DNA from: an uncultured Thermoleophilaceae bacterium
Lineage (GTDB): Bacteria > Actinomycetota > Thermoleophilia > Solirubrobacterales > Thermoleophilaceae
DNA: 64,000 nucleotides
Direction: 5' to 3'
NCBI GenBank assembly: GCA_963761505.1
Contig: CAVXGW010000014.1
Span: forward strand, 94,449-158,448
The notes beneath the pieces were generated by a model. It worked only from the letters and a program-made list of their open reading frames with translations. It was not told the DNA's origin and searched no databases. Below are positions 35,050 through 45,583 of this stretch, in pieces. Position 1 is the first letter of the stretch, and the number at the start of each line of letters is the position of its first letter. The position numbers and the translations under genes were made by a program.

Positions 35050-36615
35050 ATGACGAACTTGCGAGACCTTGCCACCATCGATCCGTGGGAGCGCTCGCTC
35101 GAGCGCTCGCAGCGACGGCGTGCGATCACACCCCAGATCAGGAAGCGTGTCGCTCGGCGGCGCAAGGCGTCGGCGGCCCTGAGCACGCTGATGCTCGCCG
35201 GTCCCGCCGGGCAGGCCCTGGCCGCCTCGGGCGCCGGTGTGGACACCCGCGTGGACGCCGCCTCCCCCGCCACACGCGCGATCGACGGGCGCGACGGCGC
35301 GGCGATGATGCTGAGGCTCGGCAGCACCGGCTCCGCGGTCAAGGAGGTCCAGCTGCGGCTCGGAGTGGACGCGGACGGCACGTTCGGCCCCGCCACCGAC
35401 AGCGCGGTGCGCGCCTTCCAGGGGCGTGCCGGGCTCGAGACCGACGGCGTGGTCGGTCCGGCCACATGGACCAAGCTCTTCGGCCTCGACCGCGCGGCGG
35501 CGGGAGTCGCCGCCAAGGGCGGGGACGTCGCTGTGATCGTGCGTGAGCGTGGCGATTCGCCGGCGGCTAACGATGCCTCCGCGGACGCCCGCGCCGGCGC
35601 GGGCGCGACCCCGCAGGTCGGCGGCGGCAACGCTCCCGGCGCGCCGGCCCCGGACGCCGGCGGCCCTGCCCAGGGCACCCCGACCCAGCCGGTGGCCCAG
35701 GTGGGCGCCTGCGGCACCCTCCAGCTGTCCGCTCCCGTGAAGGGCACCGTGACCTCGAACTACGGTCCGCGCGGGGGGCGCAATCACGACGGGGTCGACA
35801 TCGCCGCCCCGACCGGCACCCCGGTGAGGGCCGCCGAGTGCGGTGTGGTGAGCAGCCGCGGCGCCCAGGGCGGCTACGGAAACATGGTGTGCGTCAAGCA
35901 CTCGAGCCGGTTCGAGACGTGTTACGCCCACCTGTCGCGCTACGCGGTGTCCGCCGGCCAGGAGGTCCGCAAGGGCCAGGTGATCGGCCACGTGGGATGC
36001 ACGGGCAGCTGCACCGGCCCGCACGTGCACTTCGAGACCCGCGTGGACGGCCAGGCCAAGGATCCCTCGCCCTACCTGCGGGGTGCCCTCGTGCCGGGCG
36101 AGCCCACCGTGGAGCCCAAGCCGGCGCCGGTGACGGCGAAGGCGTCGTCGCAGGGCCAGGCGCGCACCACCAGCGTGAGCCGGCCGGCAGCGGCCGCTCC
36201 GGCTCAGCCCGCCACGGCGCAGCCGGCCACGGCGCAGCCCGCTCCCGCGCCCGCGCAGCCCGCTCCGGCCGCGGCACCGCAGCCCGCTCCGGCCCAGCCC
36301 GTGGCGGCTCAGCCGGCGGCCGCACAGCCGACCCCGGCGCCCGCTCAGCCGGCCACGGAGCAGCCCGCTCCCGCGCCGCAGCAGGCCCCGGCGACCGCTC
36401 AGACGGCGCCCGCGCCCACGGCCGCACCGGAGCCGGCACCGGCTCCCGCGGCCACGCCGGCGCCCCAGCCGCAGGTCGAGGCCGAAGCCGAGGTCGAGGT
36501 CCGAGCCGGCCGCTGTGCCCGCCGACGCGCCGGCCGGCCCGGCCGAGGCCGAGGTCACGGCCGAGACCGACGAGCCGGCCCAGGCCGAACTCCAGTAGCG
36601 AAGCCAGCGCCCTGA
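35050..36615 (+). CDS. Peptidoglycan-binding domain + M23 (LytM-type) metalloendopeptidase with a Pro/Ala-rich C-terminal tail
   Basis: PG_binding_1-like [35 protein letters not shown]23 motifs [18 protein letters not shown] and GPHVHFE. A frame change near 36495 would give a tail ending ...[10 protein letters not shown] at TAG 36596-36598. Confidence 0.85.
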   Translation: MTNLRDLATIDPWERSLERSQRRRAITPQIRKRVARRRKASAALSTLMLAGPAGQALAASGAGVDTRVDAASPATRAIDGRDGAAMMLRLGSTGSAVKEVQLRLGVDADGTFGPATDSAVRAFQGRAGLETDGVVGPATWTKLFGLDRAAAGVAAKGGDVAVIVRERGDSPAANDASADARAGAGATPQVGGGNAPGAPAPDAGGPAQGTPTQPVAQVGACGTLQLSAPVKGTVTSNYGPRGGRNHDGVDIAAPTGTPVRAAECGVVSSRGAQGGYGNMVCVKHSSRFETCYAHLSRYAVSAGQEVRKGQVIGHVGCTGSCTGPHVHFETRVDGQAKDPSPYLRGALVPGEPTVEPKPAPVTAKASSQGQARTTSVSRPAAAAPAQPATAQPATAQPAPAPAQPAPAAAPQPAPAQPVAAQPAAAQPTPAPAQPATEQPAPAPQQAPATAQTAPAPTAAPEPAPAPAATPAPQPQVEAEAEVEVRAGRCARRRAGRPGRGRGHGRDRRAGPGRTPVAKPAP

Positions 36616-36649
36616 GGGCCCACCGGGCCGATGGCCCGCGGGCCCTCAG
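36612..36649. terminator. Compound hairpin between the convergent M23 and L,D-transpeptidase genes
   Basis: CTGAGGGCCC-ac-CGGGCC-gat-GGCCCG-c-GGGCCCTCAG (10 + 6 bp stems). It overlaps the stop codon of the minus-strand gene. Confidence 0.55.
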
Positions 36650-37638
36650 CGGTAGACGAAGATGCGCTCGCCCATCCTCACGTAACTGAAGATCGAGGCC
36701 GCATCAGGGATCGGCACCCGCAGGCAGCCGTGGCTGGCCGGGTAGTTGGGCACCGAGGGGTATCCGTGGATCGCGTACCCGCGGATGAAGTAGTTGGAGT
36801 GCACCATGCCCTTGGCGTTGGTGCCGAAGTCCTTGCGGTAGAAGCGGAACGCGCCGAACACCGTGGGGGTGGCGGGCGCTCCCGATGAGGAGTGGTAGAC
36901 GCGCCGCGGGCGCCCCTTGTCGGCGAGCACGAGCACCTGGCGCGACCAGTCGAACTCCACGTGCTTGCCGGCCTTGGGGTGGCGCAGCTTGAAGGCGCCG
37001 CGGTGCTGGAGCACGAGCGAGAACACGCGGGCGGAGGCGAAGCCGGTGCGTCCCATGTTGTTCGTCTTGCGGAACGCGAGCACCGCGCGCGAGGTCCCGT
37101 CGTTGTACGAGCCGGAGATGGGCACCGCGAAGCCGAGCCGCCTCAGCCCCCGCTGGAGCAGCACGACCTTCGTGCCCCGTGAGCCCTGACCGGCCCGCAG
37201 GACCACCGCCTTGATCCGCACGGATCGCGACCGGAACGCGGCCTGCTGGGCCGTGGCCGCGTGGCGCACCAGCAGCCGGAGAACGCCGCGCCGCTTCGTG
37301 CGGAAGCGGAACGACACCCTGCCGCCGCGGCGGATGGGCGCCGAGCGGCGGGAGATGAGCTTGCCCTTGCGGTAGATCTCCAGCCGGGCGGTCTGCCCCG
37401 CCACGAACGGGGTCACGCGCCCGCGCACGCGGATCGCCCCTCCCCGGGCGACGTAGCGCAGCCGCTTGGTGCGCTGTCCGCCCGCGACGCTGATCTTGAC
37501 CTTGCCGCCCTTCGGTTTCGCCGCCGGAGGCGCCGGCTTGGGCGGAGGCTGGATGGGGTTCAGGGGCGTCTGTGCGAACGCGCCAGGCGCGAACGCGAGC
37601 AGCAGAAACGGCGCGAGAGTGGTGACGAGCCGCCTCAT
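36646..37638 (-). CDS. L,D-transpeptidase (YkuD) with a peptidoglycan-binding domain
   Basis: Signal peptide MRRLVTTLAPFLLLAFAPGAFA. GSRGTKVVLLQRGLRRLGF (PG-binding). Catalytic IHGYPSVPNYPASHGCLRV. Confidence 0.85.
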   Translation of the reverse strand: MRRLVTTLAPFLLLAFAPGAFAQTPLNPIQPPPKPAPPAAKPKGGKVKISVAGGQRTKRLRYVARGGAIRVRGRVTPFVAGQTARLEIYRKGKLISRRSAPIRRGGRVSFRFRTKRRGVLRLLVRHAATAQQAAFRSRSVRIKAVVLRAGQGSRGTKVVLLQRGLRRLGFAVPISGSYNDGTSRAVLAFRKTNNMGRTGFASARVFSLVLQHRGAFKLRHPKAGKHVEFDWSRQVLVLADKGRPRRVYHSSSGAPATPTVFGAFRFYRKDFGTNAKGMVHSNYFIRGYAIHGYPSVPNYPASHGCLRVPIPDAASIFSYVRMGERIFVYR

Positions 37639-37651
37639 GCGGCGGACAATC

Positions 37652-38497
37652 CTAGCGGGCGAACTGGACCCGTCGGCCACCCGGATGGAGCACCCTGGGG
37701 GCCACTGCGCATGCGATCAGCACGAGCGGCCCGGCGATCACCGACACCTTCCATCCGCCGTCCGCCTGGACCGCGAACGCCAGCGCGTTGTTGAACGCGT
37801 GCATGCCGATCACCGGATAGAGCGAGCCGGTCTTCTCGTAGACGAGGCAGAAGATCACTCCCAGCAGGGCGAGCGGCGGGAGGATGAGCAGGCCGTCGGC
37901 CCCCTCGAAGTTGAAGTGGATGATCCCGAACAGCAGACCGTCGAGCAGCGCCGCCGAGATCACCGCGAAGCGCGTGCGCAGCGCCCGGTAGAAGAAGCCG
38001 CGGAAGAAGAACTCCTCCACCACCGGCGCCACGGCGATCACCATCACACCCGCCATCACGAGGCCGAAGCCGCCCTCGTCGCCGCCCAGCGTCTCGACCA
38101 CGTCCTGCTCGGCGTCCGGTTGGACGATGGCGGCGTAGATGGCGCTGACCAGGTAGAAGGCGAGCACTCCCACCACCGCCCACCCGAGCGAGGACCAGAA
38201 GGGGGCGCGGCGCAGGCCGAACTGCCAGGCGCGCGGGGGGGCCACCCGACTGGCGAACAACACGGCCGTCGCCACGAACACGGCGCCCTGTGCGAGCGTC
38301 GCGAGCACCACGAAGCCGGGGGATTCGTTGTCGGCGTCCACGCCGAAGATGGCCGCGAACGTGCCCACCAGGACCAGCGTCCCCACCAGCGCCACCACGA
38401 AGCCCGCGGCGGCGAACCAGGGCGGCCAGACCGGTGGGGTCTCCGCACCCTCGGGCAGCTCCGGCCGCGGTGGCGGCGGCTGGGTGACGCTCTCCAT
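37652..38497 (-). CDS. CPBP family intramembrane glutamic endopeptidase (CAAX protease/Abi-like)
   Basis: Motifs VAPVVEEFFFRGFFY, LFGIIHF, HAFNNALAF; multiple TM segments. Confidence 0.85.
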   Translation of the reverse strand: MESVTQPPPPRPELPEGAETPPVWPPWFAAAGFVVALVGTLVLVGTFAAIFGVDADNESPGFVVLATLAQGAVFVATAVLFASRVAPPRAWQFGLRRAPFWSSLGWAVVGVLAFYLVSAIYAAIVQPDAEQDVVETLGGDEGGFGLVMAGVMVIAVAPVVEEFFFRGFFYRALRTRFAVISAALLDGLLFGIIHFNFEGADGLLILPPLALLGVIFCLVYEKTGSLYPVIGMHAFNNALAFAVQADGGWKVSVIAGPLVLIACAVAPRVLHPGGRRVQFAR

Positions 38498-38503
38498 GGG
38501 CGC

Positions 38504-39178
38504 TCAGATTAGGGAGGCGACCTCGCCCAGCGAGCGCACCGTCTCGATCCCGGCGGGCGCCGGCGCCCCGGATCGGTCCACGAGCACGGCTCTCACCCCA
38601 GCCGCACGAGCCCCCTCGACGTCGTTGTGCACGGAGTCGCCGACGTGCAGGGCGTCCTCCGGGCCGACGCCGGCGATCTCCAGCGCCGCGCGGAACACCG
38701 CGGGCGACGGCTTCGGCTCGCCCACGGCGGCGGACGACGCGGCGCCGTCCAGCAGGTCCCAGAGCCCGGCCCCGTCGAGCCAGTCCGGGAGCGAGCAGTC
38801 CCAGTTGCTGGCCACGACCAGGCGCAGGCCGCGCCGCCGCAACTCGCGCAGCGCCGGCTCCACGTCGTCGAACGCCGTGAACTGGAGCGCCTCGATCATC
38901 GCCCGGCGAACGTCTGCCCGCTCCAGCCCGGGCGCATCGATCGCAGCGTGCATCACGGCGGCGCAGTCGTCGCGCAGCCGCTCGAGGCCCTCGCGGTCGC
39001 CGCCCTCCATGTGGTGGGAGAGGTAGTGCCCGATCTCCGCCGCGAACCCGCGTTCCGCGGCCTCGAGTCCCACGTCCACGCCACTCAGCTCCCGCAGCCG
39101 CTCCCGCAGGCGCGGCCCCGGCGGCTGCAGCTCCACCAGCGTCCCCAGCGCGTCCAGCAGCACCGCCTTCACCGCCAT
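38504..39178 (-). CDS. HAD superfamily hydrolase
   Basis: VLLDALGTLV (motif I variant), VVASNWD, KPSPAVFRAALE, HVGDSVHNDVEGARAAG. Confidence 0.8.
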   Translation of the reverse strand: MAVKAVLLDALGTLVELQPPGPRLRERLRELSGVDVGLEAAERGFAAEIGHYLSHHMEGGDREGLERLRDDCAAVMHAAIDAPGLERADVRRAMIEALQFTAFDDVEPALRELRRRGLRLVVASNWDCSLPDWLDGAGLWDLLDGAASSAAVGEPKPSPAVFRAALEIAGVGPEDALHVGDSVHNDVEGARAAGVRAVLVDRSGAPAPAGIETVRSLGEVASLI

Positions 39179-40542
39179 CAGGCGATGAAGCGCCAGGAGG
39201 CGAACTCCGTGGTCAGCAGCCCCAGCCCGATGGCCGAGGCGGCAGCCCAGCGAACCGTCGCGCCGCGCTCCTCGGCCTCCGCGCCCAGCCACATGAAGAT
39301 CGGGAACAGCACGAGCAGGAAGCGCGACAGCGACATCAGCGGCTGCGGCCCCACCGGGTAGCTGAGCGGCAGCATCAGCGCGACCGCCACGTAGGCGCCG
39401 TAGGCGATCGGCAGCCGGCGCAGCACGCCGGCAGCAGCGACGAGGCCGAAGACCAGGAAGCCGAACAGCATCAGGTTCACGGCCGCCACGCGCATCGGAT
39501 CGCCGCCCGCCCGCTCGAAGTAGACGGTCTCCGTGGAGCCCGACAGCAGCTGGCGCGCTCCATCGACCGCGGCCGTGAGCCCGTCCCACACGCCCACCAG
39601 CGGGCCCGCGAACTCCCGGCCCCAGAAGTCCTGGGCGCCCGAGAAGGCGAGCGGATCGCCGTGCGCGAACCCCAGCCAGGCGGCGTAGGCCACCAGCCCC
39701 AGCGGCGCGAGCGCGAGCCAGCCGGCGTCGCGCCCCACCCGATGGACCGGGCGCAGCGCCGCCCTCCAGCCGGGCGGCCGCAGGGCCGGCGGCGCCTGGC
39801 GGTCGGCGCGGGGCCCGTACAGGTAGATCAGCACCAGCGGCAGGAGCAGCAGCAGGCCCGCGCTGCGGGTGGCCGAGGCCGACGCCGCCGCGGCGCCCGC
39901 CCAGGCCCAGTGACCGGTGCGCGCGGCGTAGAAGGCGCCCACCGAGCAGAGCAGGAAGAGGCTCTCCGAGTACGGCGCGCCGAGGAAGAACGAGGCCGGG
40001 AACACGCACAGCAGCAACACCGCGGGGGCGGCGGCGCGGCGGCCCAGCTCCAATGCGGTGAGCCGGTACAGCAGCACCAGCGCCCCCAGCAGGGCGGCCA
40101 GCGACACGAGGTAGGCGGCGATGAGCAGGGCGCCCCGGCCGCCGCCGCCGAGCTCGCCCAGCCCGCGCGTGAGCAGCGGGTAGAGGGGGAAGAACGCGGT
40201 CCGCGGCGACCCGGCCTCCGTGTAGCCCGTGTCGGCGATCCCGAGGTACCAGACGGCGTCCCACCGCGCGAGGGGCGTCAGGACGACCTCGCCCAGCCCG
40301 TCCAGGGGCCTGGTCAGAGCCGGGTCGTCGTAGCGCTGCTCGTTCGCGCCGCTCAGCCCACCGGACCCCGCGCTGAGCGCGGCGAACGCCGCCACGCCGA
40401 GGATCGTGACCCGGCTCAGGGCGAACGCCCGGAACGCCACGCGGAAGGACTCCGACGAGCGGAGGCGACCCCACGCGACCAGCGCCGCGGTGCGGATCCG
40501 AGCCGCCCCACGAGGAGCCGCGGAAGTAGCCTCATGCGCCAT
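39178..40542 (-). CDS. Polytopic membrane glycosyltransferase-like protein (PIG-V / mannosyltransferase-like); start uncertain
   Basis: LARWDAVWYLGIADTGY...PRTAFFPLYPLL pattern and more than 8 TM segments. TGATG overlap with the HAD gene. The ATG at 40542 overlaps the divergent mscS ATG, so the true start may be a downstream GTG. Confidence 0.6.
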   Translation of the reverse strand: MAHEATSAAPRGAARIRTAALVAWGRLRSSESFRVAFRAFALSRVTILGVAAFAALSAGSGGLSGANEQRYDDPALTRPLDGLGEVVLTPLARWDAVWYLGIADTGYTEAGSPRTAFFPLYPLLTRGLGELGGGGRGALLIAAYLVSLAALLGALVLLYRLTALELGRRAAAPAVLLLCVFPASFFLGAPYSESLFLLCSVGAFYAARTGHWAWAGAAAASASATRSAGLLLLLPLVLIYLYGPRADRQAPPALRPPGWRAALRPVHRVGRDAGWLALAPLGLVAYAAWLGFAHGDPLAFSGAQDFWGREFAGPLVGVWDGLTAAVDGARQLLSGSTETVYFERAGGDPMRVAAVNLMLFGFLVFGLVAAAGVLRRLPIAYGAYVAVALMLPLSYPVGPQPLMSLSRFLLVLFPIFMWLGAEAEERGATVRWAAASAIGLGLLTTEFASWRFIA

Positions 40543-41335
40543 GCAGGCGGCCGATCTTCTCACGGGCTCGTTCCTGGGCGAGGGCAGCAACGAGCTGGTG
40601 GCCCTGGTCACCGTGGTCGCGGCATTCCTGATCGCCGAGCTGGTGGACCGGCTGATCCTGCGCCGCGCGCGCAAGTTCACCGAGGCCGTGGCGGGGCGGC
40701 CGCTGTCGGCGGTGGCCGACACGCGCCTGCGCCTGGTGCGCCGCCTGATCTTCGCCACGATCGTGATCATCGGGTTCGCGCTGGCGCTCGCGCAGTTCCC
40801 GGAGGCGGAGCGCGTGGCCACCGGCGTGCTCGCCTCCTCCGCCGTCCTCGGCCTGGTGGTGGGCTTCGCGGCCCGCCAGACGCTGGCCAACGGCGTGGCC
40901 GGGCTGCTGCTGGCGATCACGCAGCCGATCCGCATCGGTGACCTGGTGACGGTGGAGGAATGCACCGGCACCGTCGAGGAGATCCGCCTGACCTACACCT
41001 ACCTGCTGCTCGACGGCGGCGTGCGGCTGATCGTCCCCAACGAGCGCCTGGCCTCCAACACGGTGCAGAACCACACGGTGCTCGACCCGCGGGTCGAGAC
41101 CGAGATCTCGGTCTGGCTGCCGCCCGGTGCCGACGCCGACGCGGCGCTCGCCTCTCTCGACGGGATGGAGGACGCCGAGGCACGGATTGCCGAGGTCACA
41201 TTCGAGGGGATCCGGATCGCCGTGAAGGCGTGGGCGCCCAACGCCGGCGAGCGGGGAGGAGTGGCTTCGCGCCTGAGGAAAGAGAGCCTGCGTAGGGTCA
41301 GAGAAGCTGCTCTATCCTCAGAGGACGCCGGCTAG
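40541..41335 (+). CDS. Mechanosensitive ion channel (MscS family)
   Basis: TM3-like region GFAARQTLANGVAGLLLAITQPIRIGDLV followed by a beta-domain TGTVEEIRLTYTYLLLDGGVRLIVPNERL. Confidence 0.8.
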   Translation: MQAADLLTGSFLGEGSNELVALVTVVAAFLIAELVDRLILRRARKFTEAVAGRPLSAVADTRLRLVRRLIFATIVIIGFALALAQFPEAERVATGVLASSAVLGLVVGFAARQTLANGVAGLLLAITQPIRIGDLVTVEECTGTVEEIRLTYTYLLLDGGVRLIVPNERLASNTVQNHTVLDPRVETEISVWLPPGADADAALASLDGMEDAEARIAEVTFEGIRIAVKAWAPNAGERGGVASRLRKESLRRVREAALSSEDAG

Positions 41336-41394
41336 GCCCCGACGTCCCGCGCCGCGGGCGCATCCAACCGGCCGCCGGAACCGAACACGTTTGA

Positions 41395-43562
41395 ATGACC
41401 CACCGGCAGCGAAAGCAGCGGCGCGGAAGGCGCCGGCGCGGAGGAGGCACCAAGCTCGCCTTCGGCCTCGTCGTGCTCGCCATCATCGCGGCGATCGGCG
41501 TGATGTCGGCGGCCGGCTACGTGATCGCCGTCGCGGCCACCGGTCCCGACCTCAGTGAGCTGAAGCCCGCCGACAAGGGCAGCAACTCCGTGATCTTCGC
41601 CGCGGACGGCTCGCGCCTGGGGTATGTGCAGTCGGACGAGATCCGGACTCCGGTCGCCTGGCGCGACATGCCCGAGGGCCTGCGCGAGGCCGTGATCGCG
41701 ATCGAGGACGAGCGCTTCTACAAGCACGAGGGCGTCGACTACTCGGCGATCGTTCGCGCCGGCGTGAAGAACCTTCGCTCCGGCAAGAACGTGGAGGGCG
41801 GCTCCACGATCACCCAGCAGCTGGTCCGCGCGCTCTACATCAAGGACCCGGAGCGCAACTTCACGCGCAAGATCCGCGAGGCCAAGCTGGCCTCCGAGCT
41901 GGAGAAGGAGCACTCGAAGACCTGGATCCTCAAGAACTACCTCAACGACGTGCCGTTCGGCACCGTCGGCGGCCGCACGGCGATCGGCGCCGAGGCGGCG
42001 GCGGAAACGTTCTTCGACAAGCACGCCCGCGACCTCCAGCTGCACGAGGCGGCGCTGCTGGCCGGGCTGCCCCAGGCCCCGTCCCAGTACAACCCGTTCC
42101 GCAACCCCACCTCCGCCATCACGCGCCGCAACCGGGTGCTGGAGAAGATGGCCGAGAACCGGTTCATCACGACGGCGCAGGCCGAGGAGGCGAGCACCAA
42201 GCGGCTCGGGCTCAAGCAGGGGACCCGGTACACCAGGCGCCGGGAGCCCTACTTCTTCGACTACGTGCAGGAGAGGCTGATCGAGGAGTACGGCGTGGGC
42301 GTCTACCGCCGCGGCGGCCTGAAGGTGTACTCCACGATCAACCCCGGGCTCCAGGACGCCGCCCGCAAGGCGATCCTGGGGCAGCTCCCCAACCCGGCGG
42401 ACCCGAGCGGCGCGATCGTCTCGATCGACCCCGACAACGGCTACATCCGGGCGATGGCGTCGAGCGGCACGTACAAGGACCGCCGCTTCAACCTGGCCGC
42501 GCAAGGCCACCGCCAGCCCGGCTCGGCGTTCAAGACGATGGTGCTGATGACCGCCATCCGCAAGGGGGTCGACCCCAACCGCACCACCTACACGTCCAAG
42601 CCGCTGAACCTCAACCTCCCCGGCTACGGCCCGTGGAAGGTGAAGACCTACGGCAACACCTACGGCGGCTCCATGAACCTGGTGCGCGGCACGCTGGCCT
42701 CGGACAACACCGTCTACGCGCAGCTGATCATCGACGTCGGGCCCAAGGCGGTGCGTGAGACGGCCAAGATGATGGGGATCGAGACCAAGCTCGACGGCCT
42801 CCCGGCCGAGGGTCTCGGCGGCCTTCGCCTGGGCGTCTCACCGCTGGAGATGGCCAACGCCTACGCCACGCTCGCGTCCGGCGGCATCCGCAACGAGCCG
42901 AAGGGGATCCAGAAGGTGGTCTTCCCCGACGGCAAGACCGACGACCTCGGCAAGCCCAAGCGCAAGAAGGTGTTCACCGACGGCCAGGCCTACGAGGTCA
43001 CCAAGATCCTGAAGCAGAACGTGACCGGGGGCACCGGCACGCGCGCGCAGATCGGCTGCCCGGCGGCCGGCAAGACGGGCACCACCGACGCCTTCAACGA
43101 CGCCTGGTTCGTGGGCTACACGCCCGAGCTGGCCACCTCGAGCTGGGTCGGCTACCCCAACGCGCTCCAGTCGATGCCAGGTGTGGCCGGCGGCACCATC
43201 CCCGCCGGCATCTGGCACGACTACATGATCAACGCGAAGGGCGACTCGTGCCGGGACTTCCCGACGCCCAAGGAGCCGGCCAAGTTCTCACCGTTCTTCG
43301 GTCGCTACTCGAGCACGGGGCGCAGCACGAGCGGCAGCTACGGCTACAACGGCGGCCAGTCCCAGCAGCGCCACAGCAGCAGCCCAGCACCGGCGGGACC
43401 ACGGGTGGCGACAACTCCGCCGGCGGCGAGAACTACCAGGGCGGCTACGACCCGCGTCTGTATGAGGCCCCGCCCCAGCCCGCGCCCAAGCCCACGCCCG
43501 CCCCGGCCCCGCCGGGCAACGGCAAGGACAAGGGCGGCGGCAAGGGGAAGGGCGACCCCTAG
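41395..43562 (+). pseudogene. Class A penicillin-binding protein (PBP1A family; GT51 transglycosylase + transpeptidase); frame change in the low-complexity tail (about 43330-43385)
   Basis: GT51 motifs AIEDERFYKHEGVD, GGSTITQQL, RKIREA. Transpeptidase motifs SAFK (SxxK), SDN, KTGTT. The tail in ORF 43248..43562 (GGDNSAGGENYQGGYDPRLYEAPPQP...GKGDP) looks more natural than the Arg-rich listed frame. Confidence 0.85.
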
Positions 43563-44524
43563 CGCCGCTCCAGCGCGCTGACCGTGGCCACGTAGCCCAG
43601 CTCCACCAGCGTCTGGAAGATCCGGAAGGCCACCGCGATGGCGGTGGCCACCGTTCCGGCCAGCACCGCCGCCATCGCGGTCGCGAGCGCGGCGTCGCGC
43701 GTTCCGATGCCGCTCGGCACCACGAACGTGAGCACCGCCACGCAGAACGCGACCGGGTAGGAGGCCGCCACGTAGGGGAGGTCGGAGAGATCGATCGGGT
43801 GCAGGCCCGACGCGAACGCGAACACCGCGAGCCCGATCAGCCCCCACGTGAGCGTGTAGGCGAGGCACAGCTGGAGCACGCGCCCGAACGGGAGCACCGC
43901 CGGCAGCGGCTCACGACCCAGCTTGCCCAGGGCGAAGTTGGCGAGCGGGCCGAACACGCGCGGGTGAAATCCCGCAAGCACCAGCGGCACCACCACCAGC
44001 ACCGCGAAGCGCCCGGAATGCCCCTGGAGGTCCGGCAGCTCGATCACGAAGTACGCGCCCACCATCACCGCCGTCCCGAACGCGAGCCCGAGCTCGTAGA
44101 CCACGCTGGCGAGCGTCACGCGCTTGGGCACGCCGTATCGCTCGGCCATCACGACCCGCCCGACGACCATCAGCACGTTGGTGGGCACGTACCGGGCCAG
44201 CAGCGACTTGCCCCACACCGCACGCGCCGGCCTGGCGTCGATGTGCTCGCCCAGCGACGCGATGATCCAGCGCCAGTACTCGCCCTGGAGCGTGTAGAAG
44301 CCGGCCACGCAGGCGGCGGACAGCGTCAGCCAGCCGGGCTCGAAGCGCCAGTCGAAGTCGGGCAGCTTGCTCCACTGCCTGGCCACGAACAGGATCAGGC
44401 AGCCGAAGATCAGCGCCGCCAGGCCGTACTGGATCAGGGCTCGGCGGCGTGGGTCTCCGGAGCCGAGGTCCGAGACCCCCGATGCGGCCTCACCCGCCCG
44501 TTCGAGCAGCGTGGGACGCGTCAC
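43559..44524 (-). CDS. Polytopic membrane protein (UPF0104 / lysylphosphatidylglycerol-synthase-TM-like flippase family)
   Basis: 321 aa, about 8 TM segments. [21 protein letters not shown] and [11 protein letters not shown] resemble the family pattern, recalled from memory. Confidence 0.5.
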   Translation of the reverse strand: MTRPTLLERAGEAASGVSDLGSGDPRRRALIQYGLAALIFGCLILFVARQWSKLPDFDWRFEPGWLTLSAACVAGFYTLQGEYWRWIIASLGEHIDARPARAVWGKSLLARYVPTNVLMVVGRVVMAERYGVPKRVTLASVVYELGLAFGTAVMVGAYFVIELPDLQGHSGRFAVLVVVPLVLAGFHPRVFGPLANFALGKLGREPLPAVLPFGRVLQLCLAYTLTWGLIGLAVFAFASGLHPIDLSDLPYVAASYPVAFCVAVLTFVVPSGIGTRDAALATAMAAVLAGTVATAIAVAFRIFQTLVELGYVATVSALERR

Positions 44525-44541
44525 GGGTGCAGACTGTAGCC

Positions 44542-45420
44542 GTGGCCGAGTTGGACCTGATTGCCGCGATCAAGGGTGTGCTGGGCCGCCCGGGGCCGCG
44601 CGTGCTGCGCTGGACGGGCGACGACGCCGCCGTCGTCCGGGCCCTTCCCGTGGCCGTCACGTCGATCGACACGATGGCCGAGGGCGTGCACTTCCAGCGC
44701 CGCGCCCACCCGTACGCGACGATCGGACACCGCGCGCTGGGGGCCGCGCTGTCGGACCTGGCGGCGATGGGCGCCGGGCCCGGCGAGGCCTACGTGTCGC
44801 TTGCGTTGCCGGGCGACGTCGAGCAGGCCGAGGCGGTCGCGATCGTCGAGGGCATGGCGGCGCTGGCCGCCCGCCACGACGTGACCGTCGCCGGCGGCGA
44901 CGTGGTGAGGTCCGGGACGCTGGTGATCACGGTGGCGGTGACCGGCTGGGCGGAGTCCGAGACCGAGCTGGTCGGCCGCGACGGCGCCCGGCCCGGGGAC
45001 GTGGTCGGGGTGACCGGCACCCTGGGGGCCGACGGCGTTGCGGGCGGGCAGCGCCTGTTCGAGCCGCGCCTGACCGCGGGACGGGCGCTGGCACGCGGCG
45101 GAGCCACCGCGATGATCGACCTGAGCGACGGGCTGGCCACCGATGCCCGTCACATCGCCCAGGCCAGCGGCGTGCGCCTGGAGCTCGAGCTGGAGGCGCT
45201 GCCCCTCGCGGAGGGGGTGGACGGCGCGGCTACCGCGGCTACCGCCGGTGAGGACTTCGAGCTGCTCTTCTGCGCCCCGCCCGAGAGCTGGGACGAGCTC
45301 GAGCGAACCGCGGGGATCGGGCTGACTCGGCTAGGCCGCGCCCTCGAGGGGAGCGGGCTCATCCTCCGGGACGGCCACGGGCGCGAGGCCCGCGGTCTGC
45401 GCGGATATGAGCATGCGTAG
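44542..45420 (+). CDS. thiL: Thiamine-monophosphate kinase
   Basis: [56 protein letters not shown] start at 44542. Confidence 0.85.
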   Translation: MAELDLIAAIKGVLGRPGPRVLRWTGDDAAVVRALPVAVTSIDTMAEGVHFQRRAHPYATIGHRALGAALSDLAAMGAGPGEAYVSLALPGDVEQAEAVAIVEGMAALAARHDVTVAGGDVVRSGTLVITVAVTGWAESETELVGRDGARPGDVVGVTGTLGADGVAGGQRLFEPRLTAGRALARGGATAMIDLSDGLATDARHIAQASGVRLELELEALPLAEGVDGAATAATAGEDFELLFCAPPESWDELERTAGIGLTRLGRALEGSGLILRDGHGREARGLRGYEHA

Positions 45421-45511
45421 CACGGGTCGCTCGAGCATCGCGGCGGCCACGGCCTGAGGGTCGACCACGTAGGCCCCACGCGTGACTTCTTGTGCGAGCG
45501 CTTTGTCCATG
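45331..45511 (-). CDS. Small ORF with an FlgM-like (anti-sigma-28 C-terminal) motif; speculative
   Basis: [28 protein letters not shown] resembles the ..I..G.Y.VD...VA..ML FlgM signature. Preceded by an AT-richer TATAAGAG. Overlaps the thiL 3' end by 90 nt. Confidence 0.3.
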
Positions 45512-45583
45512 CCGCTCTTATATCGCCCGGGCCGGAAGGTGGCGCGATGGGTTGCCCACCCCATTGGACGGATAGCGCCGGCT

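Noticed and set aside
36180-36480. Repetitive DNA that might be mistaken for a CRISPR array or satellite: Pro/Ala-rich repeats here, Pro-rich tracts at 54780-55020 and 61700-61950, and 180-bp repeats at 29380-30500.
   Set aside because: All lie inside reading frames and translate into low-complexity linkers or protein repeats. There is no repeat-spacer periodicity and no cas genes.
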